A stretch of 64,000 nt of DNA, from positions 41,440 through 105,439 of the IMG/VR virus record IMGVR_UViG_3300044630_004416; one strand, 5' to 3'. Origin of the DNA: a virus (taxonomy: Duplodnaviria; Heunggongvirae; Uroviricota; Caudoviricetes). The position numbers and the translations under genes were made by a program. Each line of letters opens with the position of its first letter. Within the stretch, counting starts at the first letter, position 1. This document shows, in pieces, positions 63,656 through 64,000 of this stretch. Under the pieces are notes generated by a model that was given only the letters and a program-made list of their open reading frames with translations, searched no databases and was not told where the DNA came from.

Positions 63656-64000
63656 TTGAGTTCTTTGTCAATAATGTCTTTAATGATATTATACTTGATT
63701 TTATCAATTTCTTCATCCACCCACTTCTTCACACCATCATTCATACTTTTGAGTGCGGTTTCCCATTCTTCGTCAGTCATCGTTCAGCAACCACCACAAA
63801 ATCATCCATAGAAATACTCCTCTTACTTTTAGCAAGAATACCTTGATTTGGAAAATAAGGAACTGCTACAAGATTATAGAATGGTCTTAACTGCTCATAG
63901 AGAGTATAAAGGTGTCCGTCTTTCTTGTATCGGTAGAGTTTCATAGTGCCTCCAGTTCCTCACACAATTCCAACACATCAGCACACATAATCACACCAGG

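Noticed and set aside
1-64000. CRISPR arrays, integrase/transposase, rRNA
   Set aside because: No regularly spaced 25-40-bp repeats with unique spacers were seen. The repeats present are promoter/hairpin cassettes, 10-bp iterons and one 80-bp duplicate. No recombinase-like ORF or rRNA-like conserved stretch is visible.

Overview
This 64-kb window reads as a contiguous stretch of a T4-like myovirus genome, probably a marine cyano- or pelagiphage. All recognisable genes lie on the minus strand. Bases 1-36.6 kb are AT-rich (about 30-33% GC) and carry the late structural module in T4 order, read 5'->3' on the minus strand: gp25, gp6, a giant gp7-position protein (3375 aa), a gp8-position protein, a giant 2089-aa protein, a tail fibre, gp13, gp14, gp15, terminase small subunit, terminase large subunit, tail sheath, tail tube and the start of the portal. 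A 959-aa structural protein with a small Cys-rich possibly PAAR-like protein lies upstream of gp25. At 36.8-37.3 kb a repeat-rich non-coding region marks an abrupt compositional boundary. A roughly 1.8-kb GC-rich island (about 58% GC) follows it. The rest of the window is a 40-45% GC early-type region of more than 70 small, tightly packed, often ATGA-overlapping genes. Recurrent GC hairpin plus sigma70-like TTGACA promoter cassettes, reminiscent of T4 PeSL elements, punctuate the first part of this early region, and three near-consensus sigma70 promoters sit around 41.05-41.39 kb. Recognisable early functions include a type IV pilin-like peptide, a calcineurin-like phosphoesterase, a UvsW-like SF2 helicase coupled to a very AT-rich 515-aa ORFan, an SPFH/band-7 protein, a thioredoxin-fold protein and several zinc-ribbon proteins. 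The most striking early feature is a contiguous RNA-repair cassette: an Rnl1-like RNA ligase, a polynucleotide kinase and a HAD 3'-phosphatase that correspond to the two halves of T4 Pnkp split into separate ORFs, a CDA-fold deaminase inserted between them, and a second RNA ligase. I found no rRNA, tRNA, CRISPR array, integrase or transposase. Many real genes of 40-59 aa fall below the ORF track's 60-aa cut-off. Functional calls rest on motifs I can see in the translations and on synteny; no database search was possible.
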